NCBI RefSeq assembly: GCF_006345805.1
Contig: NC_042997.1
Location: 102,052,001 to 102,116,000 of the forward strand
DNA from: Octopus sinensis
Taxonomy: Eukaryota
Direction: 5' to 3'
DNA: 64,000 nt
Both the position numbers and the translations under genes were made by a program. Positions 40,425-52,852 of this stretch are shown here, piece by piece. Position 1 is the stretch's first letter. Each line of letters starts with the position of its first letter. The notes beneath the pieces were generated by a model. That model had not been told where the DNA came from. It saw only the letters and a list, made by a program, of their open reading frames with translations, and did no database searches.

Positions 40425-40804
40425 GGTGGAAGCACTCCGTCGGTTACGACGACGAGGGTTCCGGTTGATCCGAATCAACAGAACAGCCTGCTTGTGAAAT
40501 TAACGTGTAAGTGGCTGAGCACTCCACAGACACGTGTACCCTTAACGTAGTTCTCGGGGATATTCAGCGTGACACAGAGAGTGACAAGGCCGGCCCTTTG
40601 AAATACAGGTACAACAGAAACAGGAAGTAAGAGAAAGTTGTGGTGAAAGAGTACAGCAGGGATCACCACCATCCCCTGCCGGAGCCTCGTGGTGCTTTAG
40701 GTGTTTTCGCTCAATAAACACTCACAATGCCCGGTCTGGGAATCGAAACCGTGATCCTATGACCGCGAGTCCGCTGCCCTAACCACTGGGCCATTGCGCC
40801 TCCA
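40425..40804 (-). mobile_element. Young tRNA-derived SINE with a perfect 14-bp target-site duplication
   Basis: Head ggaggcgcaatggcccagtggttagggcagcgg...ggtttcgattccc (A and B boxes); TSD acttgagtctgagt at 40411-40424 and 40805-40818; CpG-rich. Confidence 0.9.
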
Positions 40805-41098
40805 ACTTGAGTCTGAGTAAGACTGAAGTATAAGGATTTTTTCTCCTATATAGCAAAAACTTATATACATTTTGTTTTGTATTTTTCCTGAACACATGCT
40901 TATTTCTAATTAGGTTTTTAACGGGGTTTTTTTCACATAAAACATGTTAATATTAACTTATTTAATATCTTTTAAGATTGAAATTCCTTTTATTCTAAAT
41001 ACTATATTGTACTTTTAGATATTTTGTCATGCAATGAAAGATAACTCCAAGCTTACTGAAGTTGTCTCCCTTGGTTAAGTAAGTATGTGTGTATATGG

Positions 41099-41130
<32 letters not shown>

Positions 41131-41218
41131 CACACACACACACACACACATGTTAAGATAGTAAGCTGGCAGAGTTGTTAGCATGCTGGGCAAAATGCTG
41201 TGGCATTTTGTTTGTCTT

Positions 41219-41631
41219 TACTCTTTTACTCTTTTACTAGTTTCAGTCAATTGACTGGCCATGCTGGAGCACCACCTTTAGTTGAGCAAATCGACCCCAG
41301 GACTTATTCTTTGTAAGTCTAGTACTTATTCTATCGATCTCTTTAGCCAAACTGCTAGGTTAAGGAGACGTAAACACACCAGCATCGGTTGTCAAGCGAT
41401 GCTGTGGGGACAAACACAGACACACAAACATATATATACACACACATACACATATATATACATATATACGACAGGCTTCTTTCAGTTTCCGTCTACCAAA
41501 TCCACTCACAAGGCTTTGGTTGACCTGAGGCTATAGTAGTAGACACTTGCCCAAGGTGTCACGCAGTGGGACTGAATCCGGAACCATGTGGTTGGTAAGC
41601 AAGCTACTTACCACACAGCCACTCCTACGCC
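41219..41631 (-). mobile_element. Full-length, well-preserved tRNA-derived SINE of the most abundant family here (head ggcgtaggagtggctgtgtggtaagtagc; gtaaaaga tail)
   Basis: A/B-box-like head, internal TA/TG tract, gtaaaaga-type tail; homologous to copies at 8223-8640 and 28944-29330. Confidence 0.9.
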
Positions 41632-41781
41632 TATACATTCTAAGTTTAAATTCCACTGAGGTCCACTTTGCCTTTCAGCTTTTTGTGGTTGATAAAATAA
41701 AACCAGTTGAAGACTAGAGTTGATGTAATCACCTTTCCCACCTCCCCTGAAATTGCTGGCCTTGTGCCATATATATATATA

Positions 41782-42178
41782 CTAGCAGTATCGCCCGGCG
41801 TTGCTCGGGTTTGTAAGGGAAATAAATATATAAGCATTTTTAGAGAGTTATAGCCAAAAAATAGCAAAAAAAAATGCATTAAAAATGGAAAAAAAAAGAT
41901 GGTAAATTTTTTTTTAAATCGTTGACTCATCGTAGACATTTTTAGAGAGTTACTTCCCTTACATAATAGCGAAAAAATGCATTAAAATGGAAAAAAATGA
42001 TGGTAAATTTTTTTTTAAATCGTAGACTCATCGTAGATGCATGCTAATACCCAGAAGGGCTCGATATGAATCACGACTATAAGATACCTGGTTTTGGTTA
42101 AACTGCACCGCAAAATGTGGGAGTAGTTAGGAATCTAAATCGTAGGAGACAGACACACAACTTCACTTTTATATATAA

Positions 42179-42181
<3 letters not shown>
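41782..42181 (-). mobile_element. Non-autonomous Helitron, copy 2 (inverted relative to copy 1)
   Basis: The reverse complement has the same TC start, subterminal hairpin and CTAG end, inserted between A and T in an (AT)n tract. Confidence 0.85.
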
Positions 42182-42225
<44 letters not shown>

Positions 42226-42586
42226 GTGTGTGTGTGTGTGTGTGTGTGTGTGTCATCCTCATCACTTAATGTCCACTTTTCTATGCTTGGAATTCCAGAC
42301 AGAACTTGTTGAGGCAGATTTTCTATGGTAAAGTAATATTGCCCATGGGTAGACATTTTTCCCAGGAGACTGGAAACAAACAACATTGCCTGTATAATGG
42401 CGATACTTGTTTACAACCACTGCATGATGTCACAACAAGAGTACACACAAACACAAATAGATAACCACGCCTCCAGCTACACACGTAAATGTAAAATAGG
42501 CTTCTTTCAACTTTTCATCATAAGGCTTCCACTGTAGCCCCAGGCTACAGTAGAAGACACTTGGTTGCTGGTTGTGTGTGTGTGTG

Positions 42587-42630
<44 letters not shown>

Positions 42631-45507
42631 GTGCATGTGTGTGTTGATTAATTAAGAAGTAATAAATTATAAAACTCAATATGTAAGTGTAGAGTATTCT
42701 TTAATACATTATAACTGAAAGTTTTCCTAGTACTCCATGTCTCATGTTTTTAATCTTTTAGCTGATTATCTGGACCTGTGTTTTTACTGAATTATCTGTT
42801 GTTTGAATATAATTTTAAATATTAGATGAAAGCTATCAATAAAAGGGTCATCTTTAGGCTTAAAAAAAAAATCATGCAAGTAATACATTTAAAAATAGCT
42901 GTTTCAAGTTCTCATATATCATTTCAGTTTTCATTTCAGTTCGGATGGGAATACTCCAAATGTTTTTTTTCTAAAAATTATCACTGCATTCTGCTTTTAA
43001 ACTTCTCACAAGAGAACAAGAGATGTCACTCTAAGTACTGTATTTTTATGAAATTGCACTTCAAACTATTTTTGTTTCCCTGAACCAAATTGAAAGTCAA
43101 GGAAGCTGATATTTACACAAAGGAAGCTGATATTTACACACTCAGTTCTGTGCATAACAGGTGCTAAGAATTCAGTTCTTTTGTTCAAATCTTTGCTGCC
43201 TTGAAACAAAGTTTACTTTTGACTAAAACAAATGTTTCACCACATTTTGATTTGAAGCTACCATTCCTGTATGGTTATGCCTTATCTATAATCAACCAGG
43301 TAATACTAAATTTGAAAGAACTTGCCCTATGTATGAACGATATAACTCTCAATAAAGCTAGAATGCATTTCTATCAGGATTGACAAATGTATGTTTGTAT
43401 TTAAAAAAGTCAATTTTTTAGTTCATTATATATTTAAGGGTTAATTTCTGCTGTTTGTTTCTACTTTGCACTGTAAAATGTCACATTTGCCAACCAGTTA
43501 CTATTTAATAGACAATTCTTGAGTTTTATAGTTGCATCATTGGGTTTGGCTGGCTGTTTGCCTTTCCTTTTCAACCTTACAGCATTATAACCTCTCATAT
43601 AACAACTGAAATTCTTACTAGCTAAATAACAAATCTTAACACAGATTCTACTTGATATCTTGCTATATTTTATATCCAAGCCATTTTAGTTCTTCCTACT
43701 AGATTAAATACTGGGTTGTACCATAAAATGTTCCTTTTCCTCTTTCTATTCTTATGCCTCATACTCCATGTGTTTTTTTACACAGCTAATCTCATCAGAG
43801 ATTATAATGTCTAGCTGCATCCATAAAAACATTTTCATTGAAGATATCAAAAATATATATTTACTAATGCTTTTAATTAAGTTCTTCAAGATACTGGGTG
43901 GGTGATTTGATTGCCTATGTATGTACACTAATTTCTCATTTGACTTGTGATATAGTCTACTTGTTCAGCATTGCTGTGTGATAATTTTTTTAATTGGTTA
44001 AATTTTCAGTAGGTGTACTTTTAAAGCAAATCGTCATTATCATCATCATTTAACATCTGCTTTCCAAGTTGGCATGGGTCGGATGGTTTGACAGGAGCTG
44101 GCCAGTTGGAGAGTTACCCAGGTTCCATTTGTCTGTTTAGCATGGTTTCTACAGCTGGATGTCCTTCCTAACACCAGCCACTTTACAATACACATATGCT
44201 TCAGAATAAAGCATTAAACAAGTACAGAGTGTATTATAAATTATTGAATTACAAGGGAACAGAAATTATATAATCAATTTTATTAGCTTACAGTAGTTTA
44301 TTTTTTCTATAAGATGTTGCATAAAGCAGCTTCTAATAGTACACTACTTCTGAGAATAGAAACTAATAAAGCTAATATAGTTGATCAGATGATTCCTCTT
44401 CCTTTGTTATTCAATAATTTAAAAATATAGTTTTATATGTCTTAACTTATATTTTATCATCCTTTTCAATATATTTACTCAAGATAAACTTATGTGCAGT
44501 CATTATTGTCAAGATAAAAAACACTAATTATCATCATCATCATCATTTAACATCTGGCTTCCATGCTGGCATGGGTTGGATTGTTTGACAGTCTAACAAG
44601 TTGGAGGACTGTGCCATGCCTACTTTGGCATGATTTCTATTATGGCTGGATACCCTTCGTCATGCCAACTACACTACAGAATGTACTGAGTACTTTGTTA
44701 GTAGCACCAGTGAGGATTACCTTGTAACTTGAAAAGCTAAGGCCCAAAAGTGGTCCCTTGTAATTGAAAGTAACAAAAATTTATGATTTAAAAAAAATAT
44801 TAGTTTAGTTTATATTTGTAACTGAAATAAATTTCACTAACAAATCTGGCACCCAAATATCATCCATTAAGTCTTCTTTCTAACAAAAATGTTAGAATAT
44901 ATTGTCCAAGTTATTTAACTGCAGCAAAGTCAATGGCTTTTTTGTGCTACATCATTCTTCAAAAAATATTTAGTTAATGATATTTCTAGTACATATGCAA
45001 AAAACAATGATTAATGGTTTTCATTATTTTCATATGGAAGAAAAGTAAAAAAGGTCAACACATAAGAAGCATTTCAAGCTAAACTTTCAGTTTATAACAT
45101 TTAGGATTACAAATAAACTGTGTAGGTATAGATCTTGAATGGGTTTCCATTCTTTGATGGTGGAGAGAAAAATTAAATAAAAATATGTCATGTAAACTAA
45201 ATAAAATTAGAAAAAATTTAAAAAAAAATTTTAGATAAAAACTTAACTCTTGAAATATTAGTTTATAAAAGTTGTATATAAATTCCATTTAAATAAAATA
45301 TATGACTGACATAAAATAAAGTGCAAAACATTTCTTTTATAAATTTCAAAGCCTTTCTTATATAAATTGTAAACCTTTGGTATAAGTGAAGACGCATTAC
45401 CTAGTGATTAGGGTGTTGCATTCACAACTGCAAGATCATGGTTTTGATTCTTAGATCAGGTGGTGTGTTGTGTTGTGTTCTTGAACATAAAAACTTCATT
45501 TCACACA

Positions 45508-45972
45508 GCCCTGGGTCAAGAGGGTGATTGCTAGAAGACCATATGTTTGGCAACAGGACTTTGCACCATGCCAGGAAAACCCGGTCATGACTGTCAGACA
45601 GTTTCTGTGACCACATAACCCCTAACATTTCGCCACCTAACTCCCCAGACAGCAACCCACTTGACTATTATGTGTGGGGTGCAGCTGAGTGAGAGACCAA
45701 CAAAACTCTTTGTAACACCAAAGATGAACTGAGGGCAAGGATTATGGCAGCATTCTCCAACTTAAACAAGGAGACTATCCAGAAGAGTTGCAGGAGATTC
45801 TGATGTCACCTGGATGCCGTGGTTGAAGCCAATGGCAATTTTATTGAATAAATTTACTCTTCAGTATTTCAAGATATTTTTATGTAATTTTGTAAATATA
45901 TCTGTTAAATGAGATGTGAGTGTTATTTTCATTATTGTCTAATTTAGACTACAGTTTATTTACCATACCCTG
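45508..45972 (+). mobile_element. Tc1/mariner DD37D (maT-type) transposase 3' fragment
   Basis: Frameshifted translation YV(W)QQDFAPC..., (W)PPNSPDSNPLDYYVWGA, NTKDELRARIMAAF, RLxAVVEANGNFIE*; ends ...cataccctg-TA. Confidence 0.8.
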
Positions 45973-46000
45973 TATCTATATATATATTATCCATTCATAC

Positions 46001-46077
<77 letters not shown>

Positions 46078-46134
46078 ATATATTATAAACATATAATATA
46101 TATGTATATATACTTTTATGTATCATCCTCAGCA

Positions 46135-46425
46135 GCAGTTTAACATCCACTTTTCCATACTTGCATGGGTTGAACAGAGTCTATTGAAGCAGATTTTCTA
46201 CGGCTAGTTACCCTTCCTGTTGCTAACCCTCACCTTTTCCCAACCAATGTATTATATCCCCATGGCCAGACATGTTCTCACAGAATATTGCAAATGAATG
46301 ACACTACTTCTATGACAATCATTTTACAACTATCACACCCAATGCCAAAATAAGGAGACATGAACAGATACACGTACACACTAACACAGATGAACACATA
46401 CATACACATGTACACACATGCACAG

Positions 46426-46476
<51 letters not shown>

Positions 46477-46565
46477 ATAGGCTTCTTTCAGTTTCCATCT
46501 ACCTAATCCACTTGCAAGGATTCAGTTAGCCTGGGGCAATACTAGAAAATACTTGCCCAAACTTG
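46135..46565 (-). mobile_element. Composite tRNA-head / RTE-tail SINE
   Basis: Same organisation as 19605-20010, with an expanded (CA)n. Confidence 0.75.
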
Positions 46566-47348
46566 ATATGATGCAAGTAGGACTGAGTCATATATTAAAC
46601 TTCACAGAGATTTGCTATTCCTGTTTATGAAACTTTCTTTTAATAATTCTAAACCATATTAGTTTAGAAACTTGTCTGGCATAACAGCAAAACAAAGTAA
46701 GTGACAAAAATAGTAATTATTCTCAACTGGGCACATAACCAGTTCCTGAAGGTAAAATGTATATTTTTGATCACTCTAAGAAGTATTTTGCTAATATTTA
46801 TTTTCTTAAGGTATTTGAACCCAAAACAGTGAAAATCTGAACTAGACATATTCCGTCTAGGATGTTACTTTTTAGATCATCTGCCGTTAACAAATATTTA
46901 ACAAACATGAAATGTGTGAAACTACATAAGGAAAAAATAAAAATCAGTTAAAGAAAGACAGTTGTAATTCACTGAGAGAGAAGGGGAAGAAAGAAAGTGA
47001 AAGAGAGAGAGAGAGAGTGTGTGTGTGGGTAAGAAACTATTGAGAAAGTAATAAGGTAGAGAGAAGAGGGTTAAACAAAACATCTAAGGAATTGGCAACC
47101 ATCTATATAGCTTATGAGTGTAGAAATATATATCTAACGATTTCAGTGAAAGTAATATTTCCCTGAGAAACAAAACTATTCATAGCTCTAAGATATAATC
47201 TCTTGTTGCATTAGGTGTGTATACACCTGTTAAAATAAGTATATGTATGCCATGTATATAGCAGTCTGTAAGTGGATATATCTAAACAGACTCATCTATA
47301 ATATCAATATCTATACCATTATTATATTATTATTATTATTATCATTAA

Positions 47349-47387
<39 letters not shown>

Positions 47388-47501
47388 CATCATCATAATT
47401 TTTTTTTCTTCTTACAAATTTTAAAATATTTACTTATACGTTTGCTCTGGCAGAATATATCTTCAGCTCACCTGTCTGACTGCTATTTGCTCACTTTCAT
47501 A

Positions 47502-47649
47502 ACACACACACACACAACACACACACATATATATATATGTACATATATACATACATACATTATATATATATATATATACATACACACACATGTGCACACA
47601 CACATACATACACATGTGCACACACACACACACATGCACATACACACAA

Positions 47650-47737
<88 letters not shown>
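47502..47737. repeat. Compound (CA)n/(TA)n microsatellite
   Basis: Directly visible. Confidence 0.95.
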
Positions 47738-49792
47738 TGGAATGAGAAATACAAGCAATACAGATGTAAGGCAAGTGTGTATAAGTATGGCATTAGTAAA
47801 GCCAATAATAACATATGCTTTGTAAAACGGCCAAAAGAATGAACAAAAGGAAATAAGAAGAGAAGAAATGAAATAATAAACATTAGAGATTAGCAGAAAA
47901 AGAAAAGCTACAGAAAACAGCAGGGAGTGGTTCCAAAACCTAAATTTAACAAAAAAATTTATTAAATTGAAATAAAAACTATACAGTGTTTAATAGATAT
48001 TCAGATAACTTAATTAACTAAATCTACATAAGCAGCAAAAAGTAGATAAATAAATATACACATAGATAAATAAAATCTTTCAACACCTTGTGTGGAATTT
48101 TTTACAGTTCATGTATTTTGAGGTCACTATTTTCCTTTAATAATTATTAGTTTTGATGGATGCTTCTATGTTTGTAAAAAATGCAGCCGCAGCTGCAGGT
48201 ATGGCTGTATGGTAAGAAGTTTGCTTCCCAAACCACATGGTTCCAGGTTCACTCCTACTGTGTGGCACTGAAAGGAAAAGGTCTTCTACTGTAGCCTCAG
48301 TCCTTTCTACTGGAAGCACAAGGCCTCAAATTTTGGGGAAGGGATTAAGTCGATTACATTGACTCCAGTGTGTAACTGGTACTTATATAATTAACCCCAA
48401 AAGGATGAAAAGCAAAGCTGACCTCTGCTGAATTTGAACTCAGAACATAGCAACAGACGAAATACTGCTAAGCATTTCACCTGGCTTGCTAACAATTCTG
48501 CCAGTTTGAGTCCAACCAAACACTTGCTCGATGGAAACTTGAAGAAGACTGTCATATCTGTGTGTGTGTGTTTATTTGTGTCTGTGTTTGTCCCCTAACA
48601 CTGCTTGACCACTGCTTGATAACTAGTGTTGATGTGTTTATGTTCCTGTCACACTAAGTACTCAGCTTATATAAAAAGAAAATAAGTATAAGGGTTGATT
48701 CGCTTGCCTATAATTCCTCAATGCAGTGCCCCAGCATGGCCATAGTCTAATGACTGAAACAAATAAGAAGAAAAATAAAGATGCTACAAAAAGATAGCTG
48801 TGTGGTTAAGAAGCTCACTTGGCAATTATATGCTTCCAGGTTCAGTCCCACTGTGCAGCACATTGGGTAAATGTCTTCTACTATAGCCCAAGCTCAAAAA
48901 ATGCCTTGTGGGTGAATTTGGTAGATAGAAACTGTGTGGAAACCCTTTGTTTATTTGTATGTGTGTGTGTCTGAGAGAGAGAATTAGAGTGTGTTTGTCC
49001 CTTACTACCTAGCAACTGATGGTGATTTGTTTGGTATGAGACCAATAGAATAAGTACCAGTTAAAAATAAGTATTTAGGTTGGCTTATTCAATGAAATCC
49101 TTCAAGGCAATGCCCCAGCATGCCTACAGTCCAATGACTGAAACAAATAAAAGATAAAGAAAAAAGGTAATGCCAGTCTCTCAATAAAACCTACAGCATG
49201 CTGAGCATCATATAGATCTGTAGGGAGAAGGCCATCAAATTGGCTATGGAGGCAACAGAGGTTGTTTCAATGTGGCTGTGGATGAATAAGTGATGCATTG
49301 ATGGGAAGTTACTACCTGGACTAATACAAACTGCTAACTGGGCACAAGCTGTGTCTGATCAGCACTGGCTCGTTCACATGGATGAAAACATCTGATTTTT
49401 GAAAGACTTAGTCCATCTGTCATCGATGACTCTATCACTGATGATGTGTCCAGGTTCATTATATGATGATGAATAGGAAAGAAAAAACGATTCTGACAAC
49501 AACATTTTCTTATTAATTATTAGTCTGTTTTCATCAATGTTTAACGTGAACTTTTCCATGCTTGCATGGGATAGATGGAATTTATAGAGGCAGATTTCTT
49601 ATGGTTGGATGCCCTTCTTGTCACCAGCCTTCATCTCTTTCCAACTAAGGTAATGTTTCCCCATGAGAAGACATGTCTTAGAATATTGGAAATGAAGGAC
49701 ACCTTCATGATGGTGATACTCATTTACAATTATAATGTGATGTCACGGAAAGGAGATAGTAATACACATGCAAAAACATGCACACACATATC

Positions 49793-49822
49793 TGTCTATC
49801 TGTCTGTGTATCTATCTATCTA

Positions 49823-49903
<81 letters not shown>
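49793..49903. repeat. Compound (TCTA)/(TCTG)/(TC)/(TA)/(GA) microsatellite
   Basis: Directly visible. Confidence 0.95.
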
Positions 49904-49904
<1 letters not shown>

Positions 49905-50096
49905 ATTCATGAAAAAACACAAAAGACGAATACAGGTGGTGTAGAAAACAAATAGATGTATTAGTATAACGCTCAGGAATTGAAAAAGTCTTTTGCATTT
50001 CAAGCCTATGCTCTTCCACAGAAAGGAACACAGAAAGAAACAAGGAGAGAAAAAAAAATGTGTGTAGTGGCTACCGATCTATCATGGCAACTTATG

Positions 50097-50129
<33 letters not shown>

Positions 50130-50639
50130 TACACACACACACACACACACACATACACTCACTCATGCATACATATGCACGCATACATACACACATGCAT
50201 ACACATACTCACACATGCATACATATATACATACAGTCAGATAGACAATGGGCTTCTTTCAGTTTCCATCTACTAGATCCACTCATAAGCCTTTAGTCAG
50301 TCTGAGTCAATAGCAGCAGACAATTCCCTAAGGTGCCACACAATGGAAAAGAACCCAAAACCTTGTAGTTGGGAAACAAACTTCTTACCACACAGTCATG
50401 TCTGCATCTATACTTTATATTTGTAAAATATACCGACATTTTGAAAACCAAAAACGAGATTGATATTAAAATTACATTTCCTTTTTTTTTTATTCGTTAA
50501 TGTGTCTTGTAATAAAAGGTAACCAGAGACAATCCAATTCTTTTGATTGGTTTTTAAAGATAATGCACAATAAACATTCTTATTTGGCTTTTATAATATA
50601 ATTATATTATTATTAAACTACTTCAACAACTCTACCTTT

Positions 50640-51121
50640 ATCATTTTCCTCCTCATCATCATCATCTTCCTCCCCATCATCATAAATATAAATCATTGTT
50701 GTCAGCTGCATTGATGATAATGACGACCACCAGCACCACTGTAATTATCATCATCACCATCATCGACATGGTTGTCATCATTGTTGTCACCATCATCATC
50801 ACTGTTGTCATCAACACCACTGTTATCATCCTCATTGCTATCATCATCATCATCAACACTGTCATCATCGTCATCATCATTGTCATTATCATCATCATCA
50901 TCATCAACATCATCATCATCATCATCGTCATTGTCATCATCATCACCATCATCATCATTCCCCCCATCAGTTGTTGCAGCAGTGTCATCACCATCACCGC
51001 CAGTGGCAGCAACAGCATGATGACGATGATCGTCACCATTATCGCTTTCACTACCACCATTATCATCATCATCATCATCGTCACCGTCATCATCATTGTC
51101 GTCATCATCATTGTCATCATC
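50640..51121. repeat. About 480-bp degenerate (ATC/GAT)n trinucleotide tract
   Basis: Units ATC/GTC/ACC/ATT; the source of the poly-D, poly-M, poly-I and poly-S ORFs in the track. Confidence 0.95.
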
Positions 51122-52777
51122 TCCTTGTAGGTGTATAAAAATAGGGAAATCAATTGCACAAACAAAATTTCTTTTGCCTTCCACTGTGGCTGACAAAACA
51201 GAGCAGATAGCAATGCTTATAAGATAGTATAATCTGTTGGAGTATATTTCATAATTACAAATCACTCAACACAAGTCACTAGTAAGGTGAACACAAAGAA
51301 AACTATACTATTATGCAACCGATAACTGTCAGCTCTGTTTTCCATCTGTGGTCAATGACAGCTTCAACATGAAACTGATCCGCATACTTTTATTTGTATC
51401 TTGTACTGTTGATTGATGAAAGTTTTCTTTAACGAGAAAATGATTCTTTCACTATTAGTAATTTTCCACGGGCTCATTATCTGCTAATATTTGTTTTTTG
51501 AAGAGACAGATTAGGCAATAAAATCTGATAGCAAAGTAAACAGATCTCAATGTACTTCTAAGTAGTTTCCCTCCAATTGGTCTAATCTTGAGTTTAAGTA
51601 GCAATTTTTTTTTAATCAAAGCAAATGTGAACATAGAAGTTAGAATTAAAATGATAATTATCATAATTTTTAATAGTATCAATGGTAGCCTTCTTCTGGT
51701 TGAGTTGTTAATACTAGGTCAATCTTTGAATGAGTTAACCCAATAAAGGGTGGGTCATGTAAGGTAATTATTATGATAGAGAAGTTCTTGGTGGATGTAT
51801 GGAGTGTATGGTTTGGCATGGTTTCTATGGCTAGATGCCCTTCCTATTGACAACCACTTTATAATATTCCTGGATGCTTTTTATTTTTTGTGATACCAGC
51901 ACTAATGTGGTTGCCAAGTAACTTGCAAGACAACATAAAGAAGGAAAATCAAAAGAAACACCTTTGACTGAGTAGGAGTATATTTGATAGAGAGGGAGGT
52001 GACTCTATTCTGGGTGTTCAAGGCTAAAGTATGATAGATGGATAAGCGCAGATATTTTACTTAAAAGAAGCTACATGGCTGCATTCTGTGAGGATTGGTG
52101 AGAGTAGCTGGAAAACATGAACTTTAAATAGAATTACAAATTCTATTCAGATTATATCAACATTATTCATTCAGCAGAATTACAAATTCTTTTATATGAA
52201 TAGAATTAGTATAACCTTCGTAGAAGAGTGGGTAGGTGGAACAATCAAGAATGGCTGGATAAGTAATAGGATAATTAAATTTGTACTAGTAATGACAGTG
52301 TAATGGCATCTGTGATATCTACCTGTGCCCCATGTGTAGAATTAACTGACAGGCAAAGCCTTATGTATGCTTCTTTTAGTATTGTTGACAGTGGTATCAT
52401 AATCATAACTGGCAAAATTCATTGGTTATATCAGAAAATACAAAGACGGGTATAATGGTGTGCCTGGAAGCTATGACCATGACACAAGGAATGAAGAGAG
52501 ATGCAAATCACCTTATCCTTCATAACACTAACATTAGAAAACCATCTTTCAAGTGTTCACTCAGGTGAGAATTCAGTTAGAATAAGTTTGTACTTTCCAA
52601 CTAGTAAATAGAGACAAGCAGAAGACTGAATGCCAAATTTTTAACTGGCAGATAACTGGCTCTGTCAATTGAAACTGAGAATGAAGAGGACTTAGAAGCA
52701 ATAAAAGACAAGAGGAAAGAAAGTATGGCTGATAAAACTTCTAAACATCACTAGGTAACACCTTTTCAGATATGAGT

Positions 52778-52852
52778 CAGAGTAGAGAATAAGGACAGAG
52801 TAGAGAATAAGGACAGAGTAGAGAATAAGGACAGAGTAGAGAATAAGGACAG
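52778..52852. repeat. 18-bp minisatellite, 4 perfect copies + 3 nt (cagagtagagaataagga)
   Basis: Units start at 52778, 52796, 52814 and 52832. Confidence 0.97.

Noticed and set aside
43461-43679. Possible start exon (ATG AGA GGT TAT AAT GCT|gtaagg, phase 0)
   Set aside because: The phase fits exon A, but the donor context is weak and there is no independent support
52778-52852. CRISPR-like array
   Set aside because: The units are contiguous with no spacers, and the context is eukaryotic
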